This document shows, in pieces, positions 34,458-42,604 of a DNA stretch of 42,721 nucleotides. How positions within the stretch are numbered: the stretch's first letter is position 1; the number at the start of each line of letters is the position of its first letter. Location of the stretch: IMG/VR virus record IMGVR_UViG_3300037780_000073, positions 1-42,721 of that record; one strand, given 5' to 3'. The notes below the pieces were generated by a model. It did no database searches. It was given only the letters and a program-made list of their open reading frames with translations, and was not told where the DNA came from. The position numbers were made by a program, and so were the translations under genes. The stretch is from a virus (Duplodnaviria > Caudoviricetes).

Positions 34458-34865
34458 TTAATGCGCCCCCAAAAACTCATCAGCCGCCGTTTTCCCGCCT
34501 GCTGGCTTGGGTGCCTCCGCTTTCGCCCCGATGCTTTCAGGCGTCAGCGTGAGCGCCTTTTCCAGCTTGGCGATCTGATCCGCCATGTTCTTCACCTGCG
34601 ACCAAAGCATGTTCACATACTGCCCGCCGTCGTCACTTTCCCGCACTGGCCCCTGCGCCACAGCCAGCGGCTGATAATGCAGATATTCCGCAGTCATGCG
34701 CACCAGCCGGTCCAGCGTCCGCGCCCGTGCCCGGTTCCAGAGTCCCCGAGCCTCAAGGTCGGCCCTGTATTCCTCCCAGAGAACCTTGGCTTGCTCCGCC
34801 ATCGGCCCACCTTCGTCGTGGCCTGCGAAAATGTCCCCATATCGGGGGCGCTGGATTCGGGTCAT
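34458..34865 (-). CDS. terS: Terminase small subunit (P27-like)
   Basis: LTLTPES motif; position between HNH and terL. Confidence 0.8.
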   Translation of the reverse strand: MTRIQRPRYGDIFAGHDEGGPMAEQAKVLWEEYRADLEARGLWNRARARTLDRLVRMTAEYLHYQPLAVAQGPVRESDDGGQYVNMLWSQVKNMADQIAKLEKALTLTPESIGAKAEAPKPAGGKTAADEFLGAH

Positions 34866-34899
34866 GTCGGTCCTCAGAATAGGTCAGAATGACACCCCC

Positions 34900-35000
34900 A
34901 TTTTCGGGAGCAGATATTGCGCACGGAGGAGGGGCGCTAGGTTTCCGCTATACCCTCCTGAACTTTCGACCACCCCCCCCTAGATGGGGCGAGGGGCGCC
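34900..35000. other. Probable cos region
   Basis: Non-coding gap between HNH and terS with a G-run (minus strand), the usual cos location in HK97-like phages; exact cut site not determined. Confidence 0.45.
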
Positions 35001-35037
35001 ACAGGGCGGCTGTCAGGAGGCGAAACGGCTTCGTGCC

Positions 35038-35367
35038 TTACCACTCCTGCCCAACACGCTCCTTGGCCTGTGCGATGAGTTCAGCGTCCCCAGCGTGAGC
35101 GGCTTCGATTGATGCGCAATGCGTAAAGTGGCAACCCGAGCAGACCAGCGCGAGATTTGAAAGCTCGAACGCAAGATCAGGGCGAAGACGCCACGGGCGC
35201 AGGTGGTCAACAACAGCGGCGCGCTTGCCTGTTCTGCCTCGGAGGCTGGCGGGTATGGGCAGGCTGCACATTCTGCACTTGCCGTCTTGTCGTGCGTAGA
35301 GGGTTGTCGCCAACCTATCTCGGGCCGCGCTGCCCTTGCGACCTGAGAATGGGTGCCGCTCTGTCAC
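35038..35367 (-). CDS. HNH endonuclease (HK97 gp74-like terminase cofactor)
   Basis: CRMC...VVDH...NLALVCSGCH; upstream of terS. Confidence 0.85.
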   Translation of the reverse strand: MTERHPFSGRKGSAARDRLATTLYARQDGKCRMCSLPIPASLRGRTGKRAAVVDHLRPWRLRPDLAFELSNLALVCSGCHFTHCASIEAAHAGDAELIAQAKERVGQEW

Positions 35368-35828
35368 TGGGCTTTCAGGACCACTTGGAGCAGGGCGTTA
35401 TTGCTCCCTAAGTCGTGATGGAACATCTGATCGAGATCAACCTGCAAGCCGACACTTGCAGCCTCTACAAGCGCCGCGTTCAGCCGTGCGGTGGCTTCCA
35501 TCAATTGGCCGAATGCTGCGCTATGATCTAGGCGGGCATCGCCTGCATGCGAATGGGGAAGGTGCTCACCATGCTCTGTTTCAGCCTCATTCACCGGCAC
35601 AAGCCGTTGCCCAAGCGCGGCGGCGGAGCGGCGAAGCGTCTCAGCGTCAAGCAGGACCTGCGCGTTGACTTCGTCCAAATCAGCAACTGTTTCGATGGTG
35701 GCGGTAACGACCTCATCTACAGCAAAGCGGACTGTGGCGCTTCGCACCCCGCAGATCTCCGTTCCATCTTCAGCAAAGATGCGGGTCCCGGTCGCGCTGG
35801 CACGCCTTCCTACGGTGATCAAGGCCAT
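35364..35828 (-). CDS. Hypothetical late protein
   Basis: Stop overlaps the HNH start; start at MALITV is inferred. Confidence 0.55.
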   Translation of the reverse strand: MALITVGRRASATGTRIFAEDGTEICGVRSATVRFAVDEVVTATIETVADLDEVNAQVLLDAETLRRSAAALGQRLVPVNEAETEHGEHLPHSHAGDARLDHSAAFGQLMEATARLNAALVEAASVGLQVDLDQMFHHDLGSNNALLQVVLKAQ

Positions 35829-35908
35829 ATCCGACTTCCCGTCTGATGGAGGTTGTGGGCATCCCGCCCGAAGTGTGGTGCGAAGCCTTGTTTTATTCAC
35901 ACAAGGGC

Positions 35909-35937
35909 TTGCGAAAGTGTACCATTGGTACTATATT
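35909..35937 (+). promoter_or_regulatory. Sigma70 promoter with palindromic operator in the spacer
   Basis: TTGCGA-N17-TATATT; GTACCATTGGTAC palindrome at 35919-35931. Confidence 0.75.
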
Positions 35938-35985
35938 GAAGTCATCGGAAGGCCAATGAAGGCCCCTAGCTAAGGAGACCCCGAT

Positions 35986-36150
35986 ATGACCCATCAAGAA
36001 CAAACCCTTGCGGACGACAAGATGCGCGCAGAGATTGCGAAGCTCTTGGCCGAAACCAAACAGATCAACGTCAACACGTTTCTGGCTCCAGCCCTTGCGG
36101 CGGCGGCTCTGATGGGTGCCACGGCAGCGATTGTGAAGCTGTTCTTCTGA
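35986..36150 (+). CDS. 54-aa C-terminally membrane-anchored peptide
   Basis: Read manually; TAAGGAG RBS; KMRAEIAKLLAET then a hydrophobic tail ending IVKLFF. Confidence 0.8.
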   Translation: MTHQEQTLADDKMRAEIAKLLAETKQINVNTFLAPALAAAALMGATAAIVKLFF

Positions 36151-36356
36151 TGACCCCTGTAGAATTCAAAGAGGCCCGGTTATCGCTGGGCCTCAATCGC
36201 CCGCAGCTTGCCGAGATCCTGGACACCTCTCCCGATACCATTCGGAAGTGGGAAATGCCCGACGATCGCAGCAATGCCCGTAGCCCTAACCCCGTAGCGT
36301 CTCAGGTCATGCGGTGGATGCTGGATGGGTTCAGGCCCCCTGAGTTCCCATCGTAA
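36150..36356 (+). CDS. XRE-type HTH protein
   Basis: MTPVEFKEARLSLGL..QLAEIL....TIRKWE; TGATG coupling. Confidence 0.85.
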   Translation: MTPVEFKEARLSLGLNRPQLAEILDTSPDTIRKWEMPDDRSNARSPNPVASQVMRWMLDGFRPPEFPS

Positions 36357-36367
36357 GTGCTTTGACT

Positions 36368-36631
36368 TGAGCGCGGGCCGGGCGTTACTCCGGCTATGCG
36401 GGCGATAGGCGTGTGACGACGCCTCGTTTTACCCTTCTGGGCGCTCTGTGGGTTGCCATTCCATCCACCGTATCCCGTGCCAACGGGGTAACACCGGCTA
36501 TTGATCCGGCCCGCCATGAAAGGTCGGGGAGGCAATCTCGCTATCTAGGCGCCCTATATCGTTACGCGGTCTCACCGAACGAAGTCTCGCTCCACTGATT
36601 AGCGTGTCTACTTTCCACGCCGCCGCGCTCA
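36368..36631 (-). ncRNA. tRNA-shaped RNA with large internal insert (putative)
   Basis: 9-bp closing stem, D-like and T-like 5-bp arms in tRNA geometry; structured insert replaces the anticodon/variable arms. Confidence 0.55.
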
Positions 36632-36817
36632 GGAGGCACCCCGCAATAGCAAGTGGGCTAAGACAGGACGCCGCCAGAAAGCGGCTATGTTATGGGGTTC
36701 GTTTTGGGCACATTGGCCCAGACGCTACCTGAGCAATATTTTCGGCAGATCGCCTGTATGCTCGGTCATCGGGTGTCACTGCCTAGAGCCGAACTCCGGG
36801 GATCCAGCGACAGGGGA

Positions 36818-36845
36818 AATATACCACATCTTGTGATTGCATCAA
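36818..36845 (-). promoter_or_regulatory. Probable late promoter (PR'-like)
   Basis: TTGATG-N16-TATATT with extended TGn; downstream of the antiterminator gene. Confidence 0.55.
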
Positions 36846-37109
36846 GGGTTGCGCGCCCTAATAGGGGAGGGGGCATCGCTTGCACCGCCCCTCCCCGGTG
36901 ACCTGTCGGTCGGCTGAACGCTCACAAGCAATGGTCCTTTCATGAAAGCGTCCTGACCAGGTACTTGGCGACTGCGGGGCCGATCCAGGCTGGCCAGAAA
37001 ATGGCGTCGAACGCGGCCCCAACGGGCCCGCGCTGATCTTTGTCGCGAATACCTCGGTAGGTGGGGCCGATCCCACCAATCCAAATCAAGCACATGATCA
37101 AGTCCGCCA

Positions 37110-37688
37110 TCACGCCACCCCCTTCACTTTGTCCGGGTCGATTTCGGCGGGTGTCTCCCGCCCAAAGATCTGAACCCCGACCAGGATCTTGCTGTATTCG
37201 TCGTGGGCGTGCTTGACGACCTTCTTGAATTCAGCGGGGAAGCCGGCGAACGCCCCATCCAGAATTTCCAGGGCCTGGCCGGGCTTGTATTGGCACTGAT
37301 ATTCGCTGTTGGCGCGGTGACGTGCGCGATCTTCGTATTCGCTTTCAACCGCTGCTTTGAACGACACCAGGCCGGGACGGGCAGCGACGGGCTTTCCGTT
37401 CGGTCCGGTATGCGCGGGCACGCCTTCCAGATCCATGCGCGAAAGTCTAACAGGCTTGCCGATCACATGCTTCATCTCCACCACGTCCCGCCAATAGATC
37501 GCCGGGATGACGCAGAACAGAAGCTTCGGAACATAGGGCCGATCATACCAAACTGTTTCCCGCTTCTCCTTCACGTACCGGCTGGAAAGCTGCCGGGGGA
37601 CCCAGGCCGAAAGACCCATTGCCGCCAGATCTTCAGCAACCCCGAATTCTTGGTTTCTGGTCGTGTTAATCGCGTAGGTGTTGGTCAT
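37110..37688 (-). CDS. NusG-family transcription antiterminator (Q position)
   Basis: NGN-like N-terminus; KOW GQALEILDGAFAGF...VQIFGRETP. Confidence 0.85.
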   Translation of the reverse strand: MTNTYAINTTRNQEFGVAEDLAAMGLSAWVPRQLSSRYVKEKRETVWYDRPYVPKLLFCVIPAIYWRDVVEMKHVIGKPVRLSRMDLEGVPAHTGPNGKPVAARPGLVSFKAAVESEYEDRARHRANSEYQCQYKPGQALEILDGAFAGFPAEFKKVVKHAHDEYSKILVGVQIFGRETPAEIDPDKVKGVA

Positions 37689-37912
37689 TCTTCGCCCCCC
37701 TTGTTTCGCACCGAACACGAGATGAGGCTTTCAGCAGCCGCAATCTCCGCAAACACTGCGTCTGTGATTTTTTCAGCCTGCGGTGGGAGGCAAAGGGTCG
37801 CCATAATCCCGCGGCGCTGAACAGCCTCCGCTGCCTCGGCCGCTCGGTTCAGGGCGTCGGCGGCGAGACGCAGTGTTCCCGATGCGCCCGGCGCAATATC
37901 TCGCTTTGTCAC
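37685..37912 (-). CDS. Hypothetical protein
   Basis: Coupled at both ends. Confidence 0.6.
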   Translation of the reverse strand: MTKRDIAPGASGTLRLAADALNRAAEAAEAVQRRGIMATLCLPPQAEKITDAVFAEIAAAESLISCSVRNKGGEE

Positions 37913-38094
37913 TTCCTCGCCTCCAGTCGGTTGCCCGAGGCCACTTTCAACAGCACTTCGGTGAGCTGGTCGTGAACTGTGCTCTGGAAGCGCTCACGGC
38001 ACATGACGTCCCGCAGAATCACGCTTGCGTTGTGCTCCTGCTTGCGGCGCTCGGCCTCGATGCGCTGCTGCGGGTATTGCTTGCGCTTGGTCAT
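37909..38094 (-). CDS. Hypothetical protein
   Basis: GGAGG RBS, ATGA coupling. Confidence 0.6.
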   Translation of the reverse strand: MTKRKQYPQQRIEAERRKQEHNASVILRDVMCRERFQSTVHDQLTEVLLKVASGNRLEARK

Positions 38095-38462
38095 GCCCGC
38101 ACCTCCGAGGTATTGCCTTTCAGGATCTTCTCGACCGTGCTGGCCGCGTGACAAACCGTGGAGTGGTCGCGCCGAAAATAGCGACCGACTTCGGCAGTGG
38201 TCGCGCCAGTCTCAAGCGCCTTGTACATCGCGAACTGCCGTGAACGTGCGATCGGACGCTTCCGGGAGTTGCCCATAATCTGTTTGACCGAGATACCCGT
38301 TTCCTCGCTGACTTTGGCAACGATTTCCTTGAAAACCACGTCGTATTTCGACGCCAAACGGGCAGGGACGACCCTCCGCAGCGCGGCGGCATCCCCGGCA
38401 CTCCACGTCAGCTTTGCGGCTGCGTTTTCAGCTTTCGCCATTTCGGCCATGGTCAACGTCAT
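38091..38462 (-). CDS. DnaA C-terminal-like HTH protein
   Basis: ARSRQFAMY...VGRYFRRDHSTVCHA. Confidence 0.85.
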   Translation of the reverse strand: MTLTMAEMAKAENAAAKLTWSAGDAAALRRVVPARLASKYDVVFKEIVAKVSEETGISVKQIMGNSRKRPIARSRQFAMYKALETGATTAEVGRYFRRDHSTVCHAASTVEKILKGNTSEVRA

Positions 38463-39016
38463 GCCGACACCACCTTTCCGTTTTCGTCGATCCGGAATCC
38501 GGCCCCCAATAGGGCAGAGCGGGCCTCATCAGGCGTTGCGCGCTGAGCGGGCGCCGCTTCTGGCGCTGGCGGGCGGCAGGGCGAGCTGAGCTTGATTTCC
38601 GCAGCTCGAACGGCCTGCATCTCGACCTGAACGCGAGCCTTGATATCGCCCTCAAGCGGGCGCTTCCGACGATCCGGGTTGTCCGAGCTTTTCCACCACC
38701 GCACGGCGGCTGTGAGCGCCCACCGGGGGATGTCACCCAGCTCTGCGGCCCAGTCCTCGGCCTCGATCTCGCGGAAGGACTGCGGGACGTCTTTTTCGTA
38801 GTACGGGGCGAGCAGCGCGCCGATCCGGGCCATCAGCCATGCAGGCTCCGCTGGAGAGGTCAGGATCGGGAGAATTCGCGCCACCTCATCACGCGCCGCG
38901 GGACATTCGCTCAGCGACGGTAGCAAATGCCGCAGCCGTTCCGTGCCCCGGGCGGCCTGGTCCAAGCCCAGTGCAGGAGGGGGCGGCGCTTGGGTGGTGG
39001 TGATCTCGGTTTGCAT
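38459..39016 (-). CDS. Replication accessory protein (possible helicase loader/inhibitor)
   Basis: DWAAELGDIPRWAL..AVRWW...RP; follows the initiator; GGAGG RBS. Confidence 0.6.
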   Translation of the reverse strand: MQTEITTTQAPPPPALGLDQAARGTERLRHLLPSLSECPAARDEVARILPILTSPAEPAWLMARIGALLAPYYEKDVPQSFREIEAEDWAAELGDIPRWALTAAVRWWKSSDNPDRRKRPLEGDIKARVQVEMQAVRAAEIKLSSPCRPPAPEAAPAQRATPDEARSALLGAGFRIDENGKVVSA

Positions 39017-39770
39017 AGTTTCCCTCCATCAGCTTGGTGAAATTTTGGGGTTTGACGAGCCAGTCGAAGCTGAAGCCCGCCCAGGGCCGCGATGAACGAC
39101 CACAAAGAAAATCGGATTTCGCCGCCGACTGGATCGCATGGCGCCATCCGTCCATGCCGCCGCAGTCCTTGAGGCGTGCGCGCAGAGCTTTGGAGCGCGT
39201 CGGGGTCATCTTCTGAACCTTCGGCCACCCGACCTCTCCCGCAGCGCGGTTGTATTCGGCCACAGCCTCGGCATTGACGTTGACGGGTTGGGCAGATGGT
39301 GGCGCGCCGGAAGTCACTTCCGGCAAGGAACCTTTAGGTTCCTCTAACTTATATGGTTCTGGCTCTGGTTCTGGTTGGCATTCCCGCCGCACTGCCACGG
39401 CATCACTGCGGGCATTGTTTTTGTTAGGTTTTTCGGTAGATTTTGCCCAGCGTGCGGAAGCGTTTTCAGACTGTTTTTTGGATTTTTTTTGCGAAAATTC
39501 GGTCTCAAAAAGCGCTCGTTCGTTTGCAATGGCGCTATTTTCGATGCTGATTTTCCCCAGATCTGCCAGCGCAGCGATTATCTTTTTCGCCTTGCCCTGA
39601 GTGCATCCCAAGCGCCGTGCAAGACGCGGATAATCCAGTTCTGGGGCCTGTCCGGTAGCCGCCGTGAGGGCGACAATCGTCACCAACGCGCCACGCTCTT
39701 CGAGGCTGAGAGCCTGCGTGCCGGACAACCAGTCGTCTCCGAAAAAGCGGATGTAGGGAACGCCGCTCAT
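38889..39770 (-). CDS. Replication initiator (YdaU/DUF1376-like)
   Basis: FFGDDWLSGT..LSLEERGA N-terminus; EPEPEP linker; FDWLVK..NFTKLMEGNY. Confidence 0.82.
   Translation of the reverse strand: MSGVPYIRFFGDDWLSGTQALSLEERGALVTIVALTAATGQAPELDYPRLARRLGCTQGKAKKIIAALADLGKISIENSAIANERALFETEFSQKKSKKQSENASARWAKSTEKPNKNNARSDAVAVRRECQPEPEPEPYKLEEPKGSLPEVTSGAPPSAQPVNVNAEAVAEYNRAAGEVGWPKVQKMTPTRSKALRARLKDCGGMDGWRHAIQSAAKSDFLCGRSSRPWAGFSFDWLVKPQNFTKLMEGNYANRDHHHPSAAPSCTGLGPGRPGHGTAAAFATVAERMSRGA
39376..39510. other. Probable replication origin inside the initiator gene
   Basis: Repeated GGCAT-containing words next to an A/T-tract region, as in lambda O; iterons poorly defined. Confidence 0.35.
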
Positions 39771-40204
39771 GAAATCGCCCCCCGATGCTCGATCATTTTG
39801 GCAACGGTCCGACCGGCCATGATCTCCCGCGCAAGCTCCGCGAAACCCTCAAGGCTCAGATCAGCCCACTGGTCGGCTGGCATGGCCTCGCAGAGGGCGA
39901 CCAGGGGCACGCTCACGCGGGTTTCCATGCGATCCCCGCGCCAAACCACGCAGGGCAGCTTTCCGGCCCTCTCTGCGGCCTCCTGGGCTTGCGCCTTCCA
40001 TCCAGCGCGGCAGGACTTGGCCGAAGCGTACCGCTTGCACTCGATTGAGAACGGCCAGTTGTCGCAATCGGCCCTAAGGTCGTCATCGCCGCTTGCCTGA
40101 TACTGGCGGAGGTTGCGGGCGAACTTGATGCCTGTCAGATCGAACAGTTCCCGCGCGATCTGGCGTTCGTAGGTCGCCCCTTTGTCCCTGCTCAGCTTGC
40201 CCAT
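39767..40204 (-). CDS. PD-(D/E)XK Holliday-junction-resolvase-like nuclease
   Basis: SRDKGATYER...DL...IECKRY. Confidence 0.8.
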   Translation of the reverse strand: MGKLSRDKGATYERQIARELFDLTGIKFARNLRQYQASGDDDLRADCDNWPFSIECKRYASAKSCRAGWKAQAQEAAERAGKLPCVVWRGDRMETRVSVPLVALCEAMPADQWADLSLEGFAELAREIMAGRTVAKMIEHRGAIS

Positions 40205-40575
40205 CAGTTCTTCCCCGCTGCTCTTCGCATCCGGCGGATGCATCTGTTCATGATCTTGGTGCGCTCCCCGATGTCGTCGGAAACGATCATCTGGCGGCGC
40301 TCGATCCGCACGTGAAGCTTGGCCAGTCGCTCGACCTCCTCGGGGTTCGCGAACTGGAACCACGGCGCGCTGATGCCGAACGGCTCGGCAAGAGGCGGGC
40401 CGCCGTTGTCACCGATCAGGCCGACAATCCGCCGGGCTTGGTTATCGCAGGCGGTTTCCTCCGCTGCCTGCTGGGCTTCCAGGCGCTGAAACAGAACCAT
40501 CAGGGGATCGGTTTCGGCGGCGGGCTGTGCAGCGAGGCGCGGTGCACAAAGCTTGGATGTGACAGGCGCGTTCAT
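40204..40575 (-). CDS. Hypothetical protein
   Basis: GGGAGG RBS; coupled both ends; RTKIMNRCIRRMRR tail. Confidence 0.7.
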   Translation of the reverse strand: MNAPVTSKLCAPRLAAQPAAETDPLMVLFQRLEAQQAAEETACDNQARRIVGLIGDNGGPPLAEPFGISAPWFQFANPEEVERLAKLHVRIERRQMIVSDDIGERTKIMNRCIRRMRRAAGKN

Positions 40576-41111
40576 GCTGCCCTCCCGACAAATTCGGTGG
40601 GTCCTTCGTGCCGGGCATCGAACTGATACCAAGCGCAGGAGTCTTTGGACTGATGCGGGGAGCCTTCAATCCACTTGAGCCGCCCCACAGGGACCACACG
40701 CGCCAAACGTGAGACGTAAGGGGCGCTCTGGGCCGTAAATAGCCAATCAGCGTCGAACAGCAGCCACGTTGGACGCAGGGCGCTGAAATGGGTGATCATG
40801 CGATGCAGAGTGTCGCGCGTCCAAGGCGGGTTCGTGATGATGTGGGTGGCGCCGGTAGCATCGACATCTGCCCGCGTGGCGGTCATCGCATCAAGGCGAT
40901 AGATGCTCTCGGCCTCCGGCGTGATGTCGGTCGCGGCCACGCACTCTGGGCCAAAGGCTTGCAGGTTGCGAACCAGGTCGCCCGCCGCCGCGCATGGCTC
41001 CCAGAACCGGCAACCCCAAGGCAGATACGGTGCAAGTGTGGCTGCCCCGCGAGGATCGAAGGTGCGGTATTTGTCCTGCGGGCGGCGCTTGAAGCTGGAT
41101 CGTTTGCCCAT
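40572..41111 (-). CDS. Putative amino (N6-adenine) DNA methyltransferase
   Basis: WEPCAAAGDL (motif I-like) and ITNPPW (motif IV); start at MGKRS. Confidence 0.8.
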   Translation of the reverse strand: MGKRSSFKRRPQDKYRTFDPRGAATLAPYLPWGCRFWEPCAAAGDLVRNLQAFGPECVAATDITPEAESIYRLDAMTATRADVDATGATHIITNPPWTRDTLHRMITHFSALRPTWLLFDADWLFTAQSAPYVSRLARVVPVGRLKWIEGSPHQSKDSCAWYQFDARHEGPTEFVGRAA

Positions 41112-41263
41112 CACTTCCACCTCGCGGACAGGACCATGAACTTGGTGTCGTAGGCTTCTTGCGCGCCGGGTCCCCAGCGTTGCTGATCGATCGCCCATGA
41201 GCGCAGAGACATCAGGCAAGCTGCGGATCGCTCGGTCTGGATCTTGTGGAGGATGTCGGTCAT
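41111..41263 (-). CDS. 50-aa hypothetical protein
   Basis: Read manually; GAGGAG RBS; coupled at both ends. Confidence 0.6.
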   Translation of the reverse strand: MTDILHKIQTERSAACLMSLRSWAIDQQRWGPGAQEAYDTKFMVLSARWK

Positions 41264-41793
41264 TGGCCCAACTCCTCGCTAAGGAGCTCCAATAGGTGGG
41301 TGAGATGGGCGTGCATGCCCTCCTTACCCACGACGACATCAAGCCCGCAAAGCGCGATGGCTTCTTGCAGGGCGTCTTTCCGCGCCTCACGGGCAGCTCT
41401 GGCGACCTCCATGTGATTCTTGGAGTTCCCCGGATCGGCGGTCACGGGCCGGCGCAGATCTTTTTCGATCAGGATATCGTTGCAGGCGTCGACGCAGGTT
41501 GGGCAGATGTAGACGCCAGATCCTTCGATCAGGAGCTGCGCATCGTGTTTGCTAATGCCGCAGAATGAGCATTGAAAAGGGCCTGCTTGGCAGGACGTTT
41601 TCACCCCCGAGCTACACCCATTCTCCCGCGCCTCTAGTGCCTGGATGCGCCGTGTGAGCGCTTCCAGGTCAATTCGCAGCAACGCCACTGACTTTTCCAG
41701 ATCGAGGCGCCATAGGCGGAATTTGAGTTCAGTTTCCGAAGCGGTTTCTCGGAGTTCGGCCCTTGATGCCGGAAGGAAATCGAAAAAAGACAT
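41260..41793 (-). CDS. Protein with ClpX-type C4 zinc finger and coiled coil
   Basis: CSFCG...LIEGSGVYICPTCVDACNDIL. Confidence 0.8.
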   Translation of the reverse strand: MSFFDFLPASRAELRETASETELKFRLWRLDLEKSVALLRIDLEALTRRIQALEARENGCSSGVKTSCQAGPFQCSFCGISKHDAQLLIEGSGVYICPTCVDACNDILIEKDLRRPVTADPGNSKNHMEVARAAREARKDALQEAIALCGLDVVVGKEGMHAHLTHLLELLSEELGQ

Positions 41794-42287
41794 CACGCGC
41801 ACCCCCCTTGCGACCGGCGAACGTGCAGAACATCAGCAGCAGGAGCCTCCCCGCGCATCTCCGCTTCGGCTTGAACCCGGATCTTGCGAAACTCGTTTTC
41901 GGCCTCACCAGCTTCCTTCGCGATACATGCGGGGTCGCCGTCACCGATTGCAGCCGCGACAGCCTCACCAGCTTCTTTCGCGGCGCGGGCCGCCAGTTCA
42001 TTCCGGGGCAGGGAGGGTTGCGCTTCGCAGTCCAGCATTTCACCGATAGCTTTGAGCAGACGGCGGCTTCCCGTGATCGACATCAGTGCGAAAGCGTCGT
42101 TCAACGAGAACTCGCGGGTGCCGTTGCACTTGCGAGAGAACCCGCCGATATCGACCTCGCGCTCGTCCATCTCCCGACCGGACCAATACTCGGCAATCTC
42201 ACGAGCCGCGCAGCTCTGGTTGCCGCGGAAATGGCGCTGGATCATCGATCGCATCAGCGTGTTCAGATAGGCGCGTTGGTCAGCCAT
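41793..42287 (-). CDS. CII-like regulator (positional call)
   Basis: Directly after cro; HTH-like N-terminus; KEAGEAVAA...KEAGEA helices. Confidence 0.55.
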   Translation of the reverse strand: MADQRAYLNTLMRSMIQRHFRGNQSCAAREIAEYWSGREMDEREVDIGGFSRKCNGTREFSLNDAFALMSITGSRRLLKAIGEMLDCEAQPSLPRNELAARAAKEAGEAVAAAIGDGDPACIAKEAGEAENEFRKIRVQAEAEMRGEAPAADVLHVRRSQGGCA

Positions 42288-42371
42288 GCTGGGCAACCTC
42301 ATTGTTTTGGTGTTTCAGTCCGCCGCGCCCACGTTCAAGGAATGGAAGCGGTATCAGGCATAGAGAGTGGG

Positions 42372-42569
42372 TTAGGCGGCCGACGCTGTTGCGCCGGAGG
42401 CCATATATTTTCGAAGCCGCTCCGCAACGCCGAGGGTGCAGCTCTTGCCGCCCTTAAGGCGGCTATAGAGACGACTGTTTCCGACCGCCCGGCTGGTTAC
42501 GGTGGCGGGGGCAATCCCATTGGCGGAAGCAAAGGCTTCGATTTCGGAAATGAGCTGTTCGTTGGTCAT
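42372..42569 (-). CDS. cro: Cro-like repressor
   Basis: 65-aa HTH-like protein divergent from cI. Confidence 0.8.
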   Translation of the reverse strand: MTNEQLISEIEAFASANGIAPATVTSRAVGNSRLYSRLKGGKSCTLGVAERLRKYMASGATASAA

Positions 42570-42574
42570 GCTGT

Positions 42575-42604
42575 ATTATAGGGACAATTCTCCGCATACC
42601 GCAA
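42575..42604 (-). promoter_or_regulatory. PR promoter, probably giving leaderless cro mRNA
   Basis: TTGCGG-N18-TATAAT on the minus strand; the -10 ends 5 nt before the cro ATG; operator in the spacer. Confidence 0.7.

Larger units (their letters stand above)
1..42594. mobile_element. Complete temperate siphovirus genome (lambdoid organisation, HK97-like head), circular/excised form
   Basis: Full module set (immunity, recombination, integration, replication, packaging, head, tail, lysis); intact attP next to the integrase; contig ends overlap. Confidence 0.95.

Noticed and set aside
36413-36598. 61-aa ORF inside the tRNA-like insert (tmRNA-like tag or cargo peptide)
   Set aside because: Weak RBS, opposite strand to the favoured fold, no tag-like C-terminus
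39767-41111. Restriction-modification pair (MTase + PD-(D/E)XK nuclease)
   Set aside because: The nuclease has the short resolvase-like signature and sits in the usual replication/nin position
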